Origin: an uncultured Actinomycetes bacterium
GTDB taxonomy: Bacteria; Actinomycetota; UBA4738; HRBIN12
Length of the DNA stretch: 64,000 nucleotides
Direction of reading: 5' to 3'
Assembly (NCBI GenBank): GCA_963704725.1
Contig: OY969934.1
Location: forward strand, 1,056,001-1,120,000
Part shown: piece by piece, positions 20,102 through 30,624 of the stretch
Numbering within the stretch: the stretch's first letter is position 1
Layout of the letters: each line of letters starts with the position of its first letter
Notes under the pieces: model-generated
Told to the model about the DNA's origin: nothing
Databases searched by the model: none
What the model saw: only the letters and a program-made list of their open reading frames with translations
Translations under genes and position numbers: made by a program

Positions 20102-21262
20102 GTGAGGACGACGGACGAGTCCGCGGCGGACTCCATGGCCGTGGTGCCGGGGGGTGAGCCCGGGGGCCCCTCGGATGGAGGGGCCGCCATCCCGCCCCTG
20201 CGCCTCGTCGTCGTGCTCGCCTCGGTCGTCGTGGGCGCAGTCCTGTTCCTCATCACCTTCAACTTCCTCCGCAACGCCGAGGCCAACCGGCTGGCGGTGG
20301 TCGGCGTGGCGATCGTGGCCGGGGCGGGCGGTGTCTTCTTCCTGTTCTGGGTGATGGACGAGATCGTGAACCTGCTCCCCGTCGGGTTCCGCGAGAAGGT
20401 CCGCCCGTACGTGTTCGTGGGTCCCGCCCTCGTCGTCCTCTCCGTGTTCCTCATCTACCCGGTGTTCAACACGATCCTGATCGCCTTCAAGGGCCCGAAC
20501 TCGCGGAGCTTCGTGGGTTTCGACAACTTCAAGTTCGTGTTCACCAATCCGGACATGCTGCGCGCGCTCCGGAACACGGCCGGATGGCTCGTCCTGGTGC
20601 CGCTCGTCGCGGTGGCCATCGGCCTCGGTTTCGCCACGCTGGCCGACCGGCTCCGCCGCGGCGAGGCCGTGGCCAAGTCGCTGATCTTCCTGCCGATGGC
20701 GATCTCGTTCGCGGGGGCCTCGATCACGTGGCAGCTGATCTACAGCTACCGACCGCAGGGGTTCGGCAGCAACATCGGACTGCTGAACGGGATCATGCTC
20801 GGGCTGGGGGACAACCCGGTGAAATGGCTCGAGCTCCAACCGTGGAACAACCTGTTCCTCATGGTGATCATGGTGTGGATGCAGACCGGGTTCGCCATGG
20901 TGGTGCTCTCAGCGGCGATCAAGGCCATCCCGGACGAGATCATCGAGGCGGCCCGGATCGACGGAGCCTCCGAGATGCAGGTGTTCGGCAGGATCATCGT
21001 GCCCACCATCCTTCCCACGATCGTGGTGGTGACCACCTACATGGTCATCAACTCGCTGAAGGTCTTCGACATCGTGTTCGTCCAACCGGCGAACGCCGAG
21101 ACGAACGGCACGGTCGTGGTCGCGGAACGCATGATCCGCTGGTTCTTCCTGCTCCAGAACAGCGGGCGCGGCGCTGCGATCGCCGTCGTCCTGTTCGTGG
21201 CGGTCGTTCCCGTGATGATCTGGAACATGCGGCGGTTCCGCGAGCAGGAGGCCACGCGATGA
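20102..21262 (+). CDS. Sugar ABC permease
   Basis: EAARIDGA motif, multiple TMs. Confidence 0.9.
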   Translation: MRTTDESAADSMAVVPGGEPGGPSDGGAAIPPLRLVVVLASVVVGAVLFLITFNFLRNAEANRLAVVGVAIVAGAGGVFFLFWVMDEIVNLLPVGFREKVRPYVFVGPALVVLSVFLIYPVFNTILIAFKGPNSRSFVGFDNFKFVFTNPDMLRALRNTAGWLVLVPLVAVAIGLGFATLADRLRRGEAVAKSLIFLPMAISFAGASITWQLIYSYRPQGFGSNIGLLNGIMLGLGDNPVKWLELQPWNNLFLMVIMVWMQTGFAMVVLSAAIKAIPDEIIEAARIDGASEMQVFGRIIVPTILPTIVVVTTYMVINSLKVFDIVFVQPANAETNGTVVVAERMIRWFFLLQNSGRGAAIAVVLFVAVVPVMIWNMRRFREQEATR

Positions 21263-22191
21263 GCGCCCCGGCGATCCCGATCCCGACCGCGGACTCCAGG
21301 GCCCCCGGTGAGGTGCGCAAGGGCGGCTGGGTCATCCGGATCACGATCCTCGTCATCGTCGTGCTCTGGTCGATCCCGACCCTCGGCGTCCTCATCACCT
21401 CGTTCCGCCCCGAGGCGCTCGTCGACACGACGGGGTGGTGGACGGTGCTCAGCAAGCCGTTCCAGGCGGCCCAGTGGACCCTGGAGAACTACCGCCTCGC
21501 CATCACGGGGCAGGGCTTCGGGAACTCGTTCCTGAACAGCCTCGCGGTGGCGATCCCGGCGACCGTGATCCCGATCGCGATCGCGGCCTTCGCCGCGTAC
21601 GGCTTCTCGTGGATGGAGTTCCGCGGGCGGTACGTCATGTTCGTGCTCGTCGTCGGCCTGCTGGTCGTTCCGCTGCAGATGGCCCTGATCCCGATCCTGA
21701 AGCTGTTCACCCAGGGCGTGACCGTGTTCGGGATGAAGATCTTCCCCGACCTCGATCTCAACGAGTCGTTCCTCGGGATCTGGCTGGCGCACACGGGGTT
21801 CGGGTTACCGCTCGCCACGTACCTGCTCCGCAACTACATCGGGTCGCTGCCTTCTTCGATCATCGAGTCCGCCAAGATCGACGGGGCCGACAACTTCACG
21901 ATCTTCTGGCGGCTCATCATCCCGCTCTCCGTGCCGGCGCTGGCCGCCTTCGCCATCTTCCAGTTCATGTGGGTGTGGAACGACCTCCTCGTGGCCTACG
22001 TGTTCCTCGGCGGGGCCGGGCAGAACCGGGTGCTGACCGTCGCGCTGCGCGAGCTCGTGGGTGCGCGCGGCGAGAACTGGCACCTGCTCACCGCTGCGGC
22101 GTTCATCTCGATGGCGCTGCCGCTGGTGGTGTTCTTCTCGCTCCAGAAGTACTTCGTGCGGGGGCTGACCGCCGGCTCCGTCAAGGGCTGA
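21259..22191 (+). CDS. Sugar ABC permease
   Basis: ESAKIDGA, WND, FVRGLTAGSVKG. Confidence 0.9.
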   Translation: MSAPAIPIPTADSRAPGEVRKGGWVIRITILVIVVLWSIPTLGVLITSFRPEALVDTTGWWTVLSKPFQAAQWTLENYRLAITGQGFGNSFLNSLAVAIPATVIPIAIAAFAAYGFSWMEFRGRYVMFVLVVGLLVVPLQMALIPILKLFTQGVTVFGMKIFPDLDLNESFLGIWLAHTGFGLPLATYLLRNYIGSLPSSIIESAKIDGADNFTIFWRLIIPLSVPALAAFAIFQFMWVWNDLLVAYVFLGGAGQNRVLTVALRELVGARGENWHLLTAAAFISMALPLVVFFSLQKYFVRGLTAGSVKG

Positions 22192-22198
22192 GCCTCCG

Positions 22199-22759
22199 AT
22201 GGTCCGGGCCCGCCGTTCCCCGCTGGCCGGTGCGTCGCCGATCTCTCCGCAGCGCAAGTGGCGGGCGATCACGCTCGCCACGCTCGTGTTCGTGCCGGCG
22301 TACCTCTCGCTCCTCGCGGGACTCGTCTCCGTCGTGTCGGACGATCCGGATTCCCCCCTCCCCGGCCCGTACATCGCCTTCGGACTGGCGCTGATCCCCT
22401 TCGTCTTCGTGGCCCTGGCCTTCCTCTCGGAGCACCCCAGGGCGCCCGGGGCGGTGATCAAGGCCATGATCTGGTGTCTCCTGGTGGGGATCCCGGTCTC
22501 GGCGATCGCCGCGGACGCGGTCACCGGGCTGGTGGCGGGCATGGGCGCCGGCGGCATCGTCGCGCTCCGGTCGGATCCGCTCCTCAGCTGGAAGGTGCGG
22601 GCACTCGCCGTCTTCCTGGCGTCGGCGTACACCTTCGTCATGATCCGTGCGGCGGGCGACGCGATGCTGCTGATCGCGCCGATCCTCCCGTTCACGAGCA
22701 TCGGGGTTGCCGACCACCTCGTGGAACGCAGGATGGAGCGGCGGAAGCCCGGCGGGTGA
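22199..22759 (+). CDS. Hypothetical membrane protein
   Basis: About 6 hydrophobic segments; within the operon. Confidence 0.7.
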   Translation: MVRARRSPLAGASPISPQRKWRAITLATLVFVPAYLSLLAGLVSVVSDDPDSPLPGPYIAFGLALIPFVFVALAFLSEHPRAPGAVIKAMIWCLLVGIPVSAIAADAVTGLVAGMGAGGIVALRSDPLLSWKVRALAVFLASAYTFVMIRAAGDAMLLIAPILPFTSIGVADHLVERRMERRKPGG

Positions 22760-23685
22760 GCTCCGCCTTCGACCTCGTGGTCCTTGGTGACGCGAAGCCG
22801 GACCTCATCGTCGCGGCCCCCGGATCGGGGTCGGCGCGGGGGGAGCGGCTCGTGGACGAGACCGTGCTCGCGCTGGGTGGTTCGGGAGCGATCGCGGCGT
22901 GCGGCGCCGCCACGCTCGGGTTGAAGGTCGCGTTCGCCGGGACGGTGGGCGACGACCCGTTCGGACGGTTCGTGACCGAGGCGCTTGCCGCGCACGGGGT
23001 GGACGTCGGGGGGATCCGCGTCGACGTGCAGCATCCCACCGGCGTCTCGATCGTCCTCAAGCACGATGAGGACGAGACCGTGCTCACCTCCGTCGGCACC
23101 GTGGCGACGTTCGGCGGCGAGCTCGTCGACCGGACGGTGCTGCGCTCTGCCCGGCACCTGCATGTCAGCTCCTACTACCTGCAGGACGCGCTCCGCCCGG
23201 CGCTGCCCGAGCTGTTCGACGAGGCGCACACCGCCGGCGCGTCCACCTCGATCGATCCGAACCGCGATCATTCCGGTGAATGGAACCGAGGTCTGTTCGA
23301 CCTGCTCGACTCGACCGATGTGCTGTTCGCGAACTCCGCCGAGGTCCGCGAGATCACGGGCGTGGACGACGTCGACTTCGCCGCCGAGGCGCTCGCGGAG
23401 CGCGGGACCGTCGCGGCGGTCAAGTTCCTGAACGGCGGCGGGCTCGCCGTGTGGGGGGACGAGATGGTGCGCTCCGAGGCGCTCCCCACCTCGGTCCGGG
23501 ACACGACGGGCGCGGGCGCCAGCTTCGCGGCCGGGTTCATCGCCGGGCGCCTCGAGGGCTCGTCGCTCGGCCGGTGCCTCGCCCTCGCCGTCGCCTGCGC
23601 GTCGCTCTCGTGTCGGGGCATCGGCGGGACGTCGACGCAGCCCACGATGGCGGAGGCCCTGGCCGCGCTCGAGGAGACCGCGTGA
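22756..23685 (+). CDS. PfkB-family carbohydrate kinase
   Basis: GTVGDDPFG, DTTGAGASFAAG. Confidence 0.85.
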   Translation: MSSAFDLVVLGDAKPDLIVAAPGSGSARGERLVDETVLALGGSGAIAACGAATLGLKVAFAGTVGDDPFGRFVTEALAAHGVDVGGIRVDVQHPTGVSIVLKHDEDETVLTSVGTVATFGGELVDRTVLRSARHLHVSSYYLQDALRPALPELFDEAHTAGASTSIDPNRDHSGEWNRGLFDLLDSTDVLFANSAEVREITGVDDVDFAAEALAERGTVAAVKFLNGGGLAVWGDEMVRSEALPTSVRDTTGAGASFAAGFIAGRLEGSSLGRCLALAVACASLSCRGIGGTSTQPTMAEALAALEETA

Positions 23686-24617
23686 TCCTCTGCGTCGCCG
23701 CGAGTCCCTCGATCGACAAGCTGTTCGAGGTGGAGCGCGTCGTGCGAGGGGAGATCCACCGGCCCCGGGCGTTCGTGCAGGTGCCGGGCGGCAAGGGGCT
23801 GAACGTCGCGCGCGCGGCGCACGCGCTCGGCGCGGACGTGCTCGCCACCGCGATCCTGGGCGGTCACGCGGGCACATGGCTCGCCGAAGCGCTTGCCGCG
23901 GAAGGGGTGCCGGGGACCTTCGCCTGGGTCGACGGCGAGACGCGCGCCTCGCTGTCGGTGGCCGACCTCGAGACCGGCGGCCTGACCGAGTTCTACGAGC
24001 GTGGCGACGACATCGGCGAAGAGGGGTGGCGTGGGCTGGAGGACGTCGTGCGCCGGGCCCTGCCGGGGCGTACCTGGATGACGATGAGCGGCAACCTCCC
24101 GCCCGGCGCTCCCGAGGACGGCTACGCGCGGCTGATCGAGCTCGCCCACGCGGCCGGCGTCCGCGCGGCCCTCGACGCGCGGGAGAGGGCGCTCGCGGCC
24201 GGGATCGAGGCCCGGCCGGAGCTGGTGAAGGTGAACGCGGAGGAGGCCGGCTGGATCCTCGGTGTCGGCCCGGCAACCGTCGGCGACGCCGGGGCCGCGG
24301 CGGCGAGGCTCCGCGAGCGGCTCGACGGCGCCGGGGCGGCCATCGTCACGTGTGGGGCCGACGGCGCCCTCGTGGCCGGACCCGACGGCGGCATCGTTCA
24401 CGGGCGCCTCTACGTCCGCGGTCCGTACCCGGTCGGCAGCGGCGACGCGTTCCTGGGCGGCCTCGTCACGGCGCTCGACCGCGACGAGCCGTGGCGCGAG
24501 GCGATCGCGCTCGCGCTGGGCGCGGCCACCGCGAACGCGGAGATGCCGGGGGCGGGCCGCTTGGACCCGGTGGTGGCCGTGGAGCTCGCCGCGCGCGCCG
24601 ATCTCTCGGTCACCTGA
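23682..24617 (+). CDS. 1-phosphofructokinase-family hexose kinase
   Basis: PSID, GGKGLNVAR, KVNAEE, VGSGDAFLGG. Confidence 0.85.
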   Translation: MILCVAASPSIDKLFEVERVVRGEIHRPRAFVQVPGGKGLNVARAAHALGADVLATAILGGHAGTWLAEALAAEGVPGTFAWVDGETRASLSVADLETGGLTEFYERGDDIGEEGWRGLEDVVRRALPGRTWMTMSGNLPPGAPEDGYARLIELAHAAGVRAALDARERALAAGIEARPELVKVNAEEAGWILGVGPATVGDAGAAAARLRERLDGAGAAIVTCGADGALVAGPDGGIVHGRLYVRGPYPVGSGDAFLGGLVTALDRDEPWREAIALALGAATANAEMPGAGRLDPVVAVELAARADLSVT

Positions 24618-24657
24618 GCGACGAGGTGCGGTTCGGGCCCGCTGCTACGGTCTCGCC

Positions 24658-25863
24658 GTGCCCGGCCGCCCGCGAACCCACGTCCGTCCGGCCTCGGCCG
24701 TGCACGTGCTGTTCGTGCTGTTCGGGATCGGGATCGCGGCGTTCTTCCCTTTCTTCGCGCTGTTCCTCGACGACCGCGGATTGTCGCCGGAGCGCATCGG
24801 GGTCGTCATCGCGACGATGGCCGTGGGCCGGATCGCCGCGAGCCCGGCGTGGGGGCATCTCGCCGACACGACGCTCGGTCGCCGGACGACGTTGCAGATC
24901 GGGACGCTGGGCGCCGCGGCGACGGCCGTGCTGCTGTTCTTCTTCGACGCGTACGCGGCGATCGTGGCACTCGCGTTCGTGTTCGCGACGTTCAGCTCCA
25001 CCACCGGGCCGAACATGGACGCGATCGCCCTCGAGCACCTGGGCGAGGAGCGGATGGGCGAGTACGGCCGGATCCGGGCGTGGGAGAGCCTGAGCTACGC
25101 GGTCTCGTGCCTGCTGATCGGGCTCACGCTCGAGCTCAGCAGCCCGGCGTGGACCATGCCGATCTACGCCGTGGCCGGCCTCGCCGTGCTGGGGTGGACG
25201 TCGACGCTTCGACACGATCGTCCCACGCACCACGAGCGGAGCGGCGGGCTCGGCACCGTCGGCGCGGTCTTCCGCGAGGCGCCGCGGTTCTGGATGTTCC
25301 TGGTCGCGCTCCTGCTCGTGTGGACGGGCTTCAATGCCGCGTGGAACTTCATCGCGCTGAAGATCGAGCAGGGTGGCGGCGGGCCGCTGCTCGTCGGCGT
25401 CGGCACGGCGCTCGGCGGGCTCGTCGAGGTGCCGGTGATGCGCCTGTCGTCCCGGCTCGGGCGGCGGTGGGGGCTCCGACGCCTGTTCACCCTCGGCTGC
25501 ATCATCTACGCGTTCTGCTTCCTGATGTGGGGCATGATCGAGAACCCGACGATCGTCTCGCTCCTGACCGTGTTCGAGGGCCTCGCGTTCGGGCTGCTGT
25601 TCACGACCGGCGTGGTGGTGATCGGCACGATGCTGCCGTCGTGGCTGTACTCGACCGGCCAGTCGATGTGGGTCACCGTGAGCTTCGGTATCGCGCCCAT
25701 CCTCGGCGCCGGCATCGGGGGATGGGTGTTCGAGACGGCGGGGACCGTGACGTTGTACGCGGGGGCGTCTGGCCTGGCGCTGGCCGGAGGGGGCGTCGCG
25801 TGGATCGCTCTGTCCGAGCCCGCGCTCGCCAACCCGACACCCGAGGTGGAGCCCGTGCTCTGA
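24658..25863 (+). CDS. MFS transporter (MFS_1-like)
   Basis: WGHLAD..GRR, YGRIRAW, about 12 TMs; start approximate. Confidence 0.85.
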   Translation: MPGRPRTHVRPASAVHVLFVLFGIGIAAFFPFFALFLDDRGLSPERIGVVIATMAVGRIAASPAWGHLADTTLGRRTTLQIGTLGAAATAVLLFFFDAYAAIVALAFVFATFSSTTGPNMDAIALEHLGEERMGEYGRIRAWESLSYAVSCLLIGLTLELSSPAWTMPIYAVAGLAVLGWTSTLRHDRPTHHERSGGLGTVGAVFREAPRFWMFLVALLLVWTGFNAAWNFIALKIEQGGGGPLLVGVGTALGGLVEVPVMRLSSRLGRRWGLRRLFTLGCIIYAFCFLMWGMIENPTIVSLLTVFEGLAFGLLFTTGVVVIGTMLPSWLYSTGQSMWVTVSFGIAPILGAGIGGWVFETAGTVTLYAGASGLALAGGGVAWIALSEPALANPTPEVEPVL

Positions 25864-25950
25864 CCCGGTTCGCGCCGGGCGCAGACGTTCGCGTACGATA
25901 GGTCGAAGGCCCACGAACGAGCTGCACGAACGAGCCGAGACGAGGAGGGA

Positions 25951-26190
25951 ATGGACGTGGTCAGCGCGTACATCCTGATCCAGACGGAGGTCGGCAGGGC
26001 CAGTCATGTCACCAGAGAGCTTTCCAGCGTCAAGGGGATCGTGCAGGTCGACGGCGTCACCGGCCCCTACGACGTGATCGCGAGAGGCGAGGCAACGGAC
26101 CTCGACGAGCTGGCGAAGGCGATCGTCATGCCGATCCAATCGGTCGAGGGCGTGACGAGGACCCTGACCTGCCCCGTCCTGCAGTTCTGA
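25951..26190 (+). CDS. Lrp/AsnC ligand-binding-domain protein
   Basis: AYILIQTEVG...VTGPYDVI...GVTRTLTC. Confidence 0.9.
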   Translation: MDVVSAYILIQTEVGRASHVTRELSSVKGIVQVDGVTGPYDVIARGEATDLDELAKAIVMPIQSVEGVTRTLTCPVLQF

Positions 26191-26271
26191 GCGGCCGCTG
26201 AGGCGCTTCAGGCCGCCCGGCGAGCGGCCGATACCCCCGAGGGGTCCACCGGGGCCTCCGGAGGTGGCGTT

Positions 26272-26778
26272 ATGCCCCGCAACGCCGAACGCGGCGACAT
26301 CGGTCTGCCGCTGGTCATCGTGATGGCGGTCGTCGCCGCGATGGCGTGGATCGTCCCCACGGTCTTCCTGGGGCACGAGGAGGCGGACAACGCCGCCGCC
26401 ATCGTCGGAACCTCGGACCACCGAGGCTCGGCCGGGGCGTCGGGTGCGGCTCCCGAGGCGCCGGTCGACAGGGCGAACGACGTGCAGGGCCAGGCCACGC
26501 TCACCGAGGGGATCCGCGTCGCACAGATGTACTTCGCGGAGCAGGGCGGCTACGAGGGGTTCACGCCGCAGGCCGCGTCCGCGCTCGAGCCGGCGGTCAC
26601 CTTCACCGGCGGCCCGGCCGCCCCCGGGACGGTGAGCATCCGCGGCGTCACCGCGACCACGGTCGTGCTGGTGACGGCCACGGGCCGAGGGGTCCTCTGC
26701 GCGGCGGCCGAGTCGAGCAACGTGACGTTCGGGCGCTCCGACGCGCAGGCGCCCGCGCAGTGCACCGGCGGCTGGTGA
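26272..26778 (+). CDS. Pilin-like membrane protein
   Basis: ERG then hydrophobic helix; AQMYF..GGY; C-terminal Cys pair and Trp. Confidence 0.55.
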   Translation: MPRNAERGDIGLPLVIVMAVVAAMAWIVPTVFLGHEEADNAAAIVGTSDHRGSAGASGAAPEAPVDRANDVQGQATLTEGIRVAQMYFAEQGGYEGFTPQAASALEPAVTFTGGPAAPGTVSIRGVTATTVVLVTATGRGVLCAAAESSNVTFGRSDAQAPAQCTGGW

Positions 26779-26900
26779 GGCTCACCCTCCCGGCGGCCGA
26801 GGTTCCCGGCGCTCCTATCCGGGTCACCCGGGTCCGCCGCCTCGAAGCCGAACCTCGTCTCCCTCGCAACGATCGCGGAGGCCGGCCGTAGGCTTTCGCC

Positions 26901-27644
26901 ATGCGCATCGACGAGCGTGAGCCGGCGCCGCTGTCGCGCCGGACGCTCGCCGAGGAGGTCCTGGTCGTCCTGTCGCTCTCGCTGCTGGCGAGCGCGGTCT
27001 TCGCCGTCCTCAGCTTCCTCGAGGCGCCGCTGAAGGGCCAGACCGTCGTCACGGTCAACCAGAACCCGCACATCGAGCAGCAGGTGTTCCGGGTCCTGTT
27101 CGGCTTCGCGCCGGTGTGGCTCGTGACCTATCTGGTCCGCAGGGACGGCGGGCGCCTCGAGAGCCTCGGCCTGGCACTGGACCGTCCCGGGGAGGACCTC
27201 CTGCGCGGGCTGGCGCTGTTCGCCGTGGTCGCGATCGGCGGGATCGGGGTGTACCTGGGAGCGGTCGAGCTCGGGGTGAACCGGTTCGTCGTGCCGGTGC
27301 CGCCGCTCGGGCACTGGTGGACGGTGCCGGTCCTGGTCCTCGTGGCGACGCAGGCGGCGCTGCTCGAGGAGGTCGTCGTCGTCGCCTACCTGGTGACGCG
27401 GCTGCGGCAGCTCGGTCTCACGGAGGTGGCCGCGATCGGCGCGAGCGCGCTGCTCCGGGGGACGTATCACCTGTACCAGGGATGGGGCGGATTCGCCGGC
27501 AACCTGGCGATGGGACTCCTGTTCGGGCTCTTCTTCGTCCGCACGCGGAGGGCGTGGCCGATCGTCGCCGCGCATCTCCTCCTCGACGTCGGCGCCGGCG
27601 TGGGGTACATCCTGTTCCGAGAGCGCCTCCCCGGATTCTCCTGA
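26901..27644 (+). CDS. CPBP-family intramembrane glutamic endopeptidase
   Basis: LEEV, LLRGTYHLYQG, AAH..LD. Confidence 0.9.
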   Translation: MRIDEREPAPLSRRTLAEEVLVVLSLSLLASAVFAVLSFLEAPLKGQTVVTVNQNPHIEQQVFRVLFGFAPVWLVTYLVRRDGGRLESLGLALDRPGEDLLRGLALFAVVAIGGIGVYLGAVELGVNRFVVPVPPLGHWWTVPVLVLVATQAALLEEVVVVAYLVTRLRQLGLTEVAAIGASALLRGTYHLYQGWGGFAGNLAMGLLFGLFFVRTRRAWPIVAAHLLLDVGAGVGYILFRERLPGFS

Positions 27645-27742
27645 TCCGATCCCCCGTCCGGGGCAACTTAGGCCTTTCGATGGATGCGGTCGCATCACCC
27701 GCCGGAGCTACACTCGCCCAGCAGGTCGGGAAGGACGCGGGG

Positions 27743-28213
27743 ATGGCTTCACTGCTCGAGTACCTCCAGGGGCGGGGACAGGTGTTCACCGTCATCCCCC
27801 ACGGCGGATCCGCGGGTGGAGCCCGCGCCGGACGACTCCAGCGGGCGGCGCTGGCCAAGACGATCGTCGTCTTCGCCGGCGATGGGCCCGCCGTGATCGT
27901 GGTCCCCGCCACGTCGACGCTCGAGCTGCCGCTGGTGGCCGAGGCGGTCGGGGACCCCGACGCGCGGCTCGCCACACCGTGGGAGCTGGAGCGTTGGTTC
28001 CCCGACTACGAGCCGGGTGCGCTCCCGCCGCTCTCGATGCTCCTGCTGGTTCCGATGTACGTCGATCCCGCGGTGATCGAGCGCGACGAGGTCGTGTTCG
28101 CGGCGGGCCGCAAGGACATCTCGATCAAGATGTCCACGCGCGACCTGTTCGGCAACGACCCGATCGTGATCGCCCCGCTGACCTCCGAGAGCCGTGTCGC
28201 CGCCTCGACCTAG
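27743..28213 (+). CDS. YbaK/EbsC aminoacyl-tRNA deacylase family
   Basis: LAKTIVV, RLAT..EL...FPDYEPGALPP. Confidence 0.8.
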   Translation: MASLLEYLQGRGQVFTVIPHGGSAGGARAGRLQRAALAKTIVVFAGDGPAVIVVPATSTLELPLVAEAVGDPDARLATPWELERWFPDYEPGALPPLSMLLLVPMYVDPAVIERDEVVFAAGRKDISIKMSTRDLFGNDPIVIAPLTSESRVAAST

Positions 28214-28563
28214 GCCTCCTGCGGGTTGCCGGGGGTCGGTCGTTCCCGGCGCCGTCGCCGAACCTCGTCGTCCTGGGGGGCCTCGGCGTCCCCTCGGTCG
28301 GCATGCGTCCCCGCGACGCGGTCGATCCGCACGCGGGAAGGAGCTCAGAGCGCCGCTCCGCGGGACCGCGGCTCGGAGATGGCGAGCGAGCCCGCGAGCC
28401 CGCGACCTGGGTCCTCCGTCGATCCGCCGACGGTGCCTTCGCACCACGGCGCCCTCGCCGGGGGCGCCTCCGTCGGCTCGCTCCGGCCCCCGGAGCGGAC
28501 GGCGGCTCTCGTTCCACGCCTGAGGGCGGCCCTGCCCGATCCTGCCCGAGCTCGGGGGCGCGG

Positions 28564-30084
28564 TCAGCTCCAGCTCGGGAACCAGGCGCGGAGCTTCCAG
28601 CCGGCGTCGGAGATGGGTCCCCCGGTCAGGACCGGCCAGAACCAGACGAACAGGCCCACGGCCACGACCACGAAGCCGATCGCGACGGGGACGTACGGAC
28701 GAACGGAGCGGACGCCGTTCGCCGTCGACGGCAGGCCTTGGAGCCGGATCTCGGACAGTCGCTTCAGCGCGAGCACGCAGGCCAGCACGAAGAAGGGCGT
28801 GATCGGCGTGGCGTAGAACAGGAACTGGGGCCGGGAGACGAGGAACCAGGGGAGGTACAGGCCCGCGATCGCCACGACGGCGAACCCCGCCCGCCAGTCC
28901 CGATCCTGAATCCACAGGTACGCGACGTACGGGATCGACAGGAGGGCGCCCCAGAAGATCGCCGGGTTCCCGTTCGTGTAGATGACCTGCCGCAGGCCGT
29001 TCTCGTAGTGCGCGTAGTACAGGACCGGCCGGTACAGGAGGATCCACTTCCACGCCTGGGAGAGGTACGCGTGCACGGGCTCTCCGGTCGCCGGGTCGGT
29101 CGTCTGCAGGTGTCGGTGGTAGTCGAAGATCGCGGCCTGGAGGTGGGACCACTCGCGAAGGCTCCAGCCGAAATGGGCGAACCACCCCACGTACGACGCC
29201 ACGTAGACGAGGGCGGGAACGACGACGAAGGCCAGCACCAGGCCGAACCCCTCGGCCGGGATCGACTCGAGGATCGGCCGGCCCGACCCGGACCGCCGCC
29301 GGCGCGTGACCTCCCAGATGAAGGACAGCGCCACCACGGCGGCGATCGCGGTGAGGGCCGACCACTTGGTGGCGAACCCGGCGCCGAGCGCCGCTCCGGC
29401 GGCGAAGCGCCAGGGGCGCCACAGCGGTGACGGCGCCCGCCCGGCGGGCTCGGGCGCCGGGGGCAGCGCCGCCTCGGGATCCGGGGCGCCCGCGGCGGGC
29501 GCGGCGTCGACGGGCGCCGGCTGCGCGTGCGGTCCCGCCCGCTCCGCGGTCCGGCGTTCGATCCACCGCCGGTCGAGCAGGAGGAGCACGAACCCGAGGA
29601 CGATCCAGAACGTGACGAAGATGTCGAGCATCGCCGTGCGCGACTGCACGAAGTTCATGCTCTCCACGGCGAGGAGCAGCCCGCCGGTGAACGTCCAGAT
29701 CGGACTGCCGAACAGGAGCTGCACGATGACGGCGAGGAGCATCACTGAGGCGGTCCCCGTCACGGCGCTCGAGACCCGCCAGCCGTAGGAGCCGGTTCCG
29801 GACACGAGCTCGCCCGCCGCGATCATCCACTTGCCGAGGGGGGGGTGGACCCACGCGCCCGTGTCGTTCCGGTTCTCGCGCCAGTACCGCTCGTCGGAGC
29901 TGTTGACGTCGCAGCGGTCGTCCGAGTAGCCGAGGTAGATGCACGCCGACTTCGAGTAGTAGTACTCGTCGAAGATGCGACGCTGCGGATAGCCGAGGTG
30001 GGTGAAGCGGAGCGCGCCGGCGATCAGCCCGACCGCGAGGACGGCCACGATCGGCCGATCGAGCTTGCGGAGCAGCGGGAACAT
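28564..30084 (-). CDS. pmt: Protein O-mannosyltransferase (GT39)
   Basis: FDEYYY, VHPPLGKW, QSRTAMLD, ATKWS, GNP. Confidence 0.9.
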   Translation of the reverse strand: MFPLLRKLDRPIVAVLAVGLIAGALRFTHLGYPQRRIFDEYYYSKSACIYLGYSDDRCDVNSSDERYWRENRNDTGAWVHPPLGKWMIAAGELVSGTGSYGWRVSSAVTGTASVMLLAVIVQLLFGSPIWTFTGGLLLAVESMNFVQSRTAMLDIFVTFWIVLGFVLLLLDRRWIERRTAERAGPHAQPAPVDAAPAAGAPDPEAALPPAPEPAGRAPSPLWRPWRFAAGAALGAGFATKWSALTAIAAVVALSFIWEVTRRRRSGSGRPILESIPAEGFGLVLAFVVVPALVYVASYVGWFAHFGWSLREWSHLQAAIFDYHRHLQTTDPATGEPVHAYLSQAWKWILLYRPVLYYAHYENGLRQVIYTNGNPAIFWGALLSIPYVAYLWIQDRDWRAGFAVVAIAGLYLPWFLVSRPQFLFYATPITPFFVLACVLALKRLSEIRLQGLPSTANGVRSVRPYVPVAIGFVVVAVGLFVWFWPVLTGGPISDAGWKLRAWFPSWS

Positions 30085-30127
30085 CCGGCCGATGGTACGG
30101 CAGGGGTGGGCGTTCGTCGGGAGCGTC

Positions 30128-30550
30128 TCACCGGGGCGCCCGGTCCTTGAGGCGGACGACGAACTGCAGCCCCTGGAAGACGTCGTCGATCGCCGCGGAC
30201 TTGTTGTCCACGAGCCCGGCGTCCAGTCCCACGCGTTGCACGTCCTCGAACGTCAGGTCGGTCGGCACGCCGGAGGCCCGCTTCGGCCAGGCCACCCACA
30301 GCCGGCCCGCCGGATCCAGCGCCCGGGCCAATGAGGTGAACCGTCGAAGGAGCTCGGCGCGCCGGGTGGTGAAGAGCACCACGACGTCGAGGGGGCCCCG
30401 GACACGGTCGCGCATCTCGACGCCGCCCGGCAACGGAGCGAGCGCGAAACCCTCCGGCGCTGCCAGCACGAGCACGCGCGAGCCCTCACGCACTCCGAGC
30501 TTCTTCGGGAGCGGGGTCGCCGAGTAGTCGGCGTGACCCTTCGGAGACAT
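30128..30550 (-). CDS. DUF3052-family protein
   Basis: YSATPLPKKLG, LWVAWPK, GLVDNK. Confidence 0.8.
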   Translation of the reverse strand: MSPKGHADYSATPLPKKLGVREGSRVLVLAAPEGFALAPLPGGVEMRDRVRGPLDVVVLFTTRRAELLRRFTSLARALDPAGRLWVAWPKRASGVPTDLTFEDVQRVGLDAGLVDNKSAAIDDVFQGLQFVVRLKDRAPR

Positions 30551-30624
30551 GGAGGGGACTCTAGCGCCCGGGTCTACGCCGTTCGGCGGTGTGCGCCCGA
30601 GACGAAGCGTGCGAGCATCGACAC

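Noticed and set aside
25912-25935. CACGAACGAGC direct repeat before the Lrp/AsnC gene
   Set aside because: A single pair with no supporting context; could be chance.
28214-28563. 350-bp gap between ybaK and pmt
   Set aside because: No ORF with credible composition or SD, and no clear RNA motif; cannot be called.
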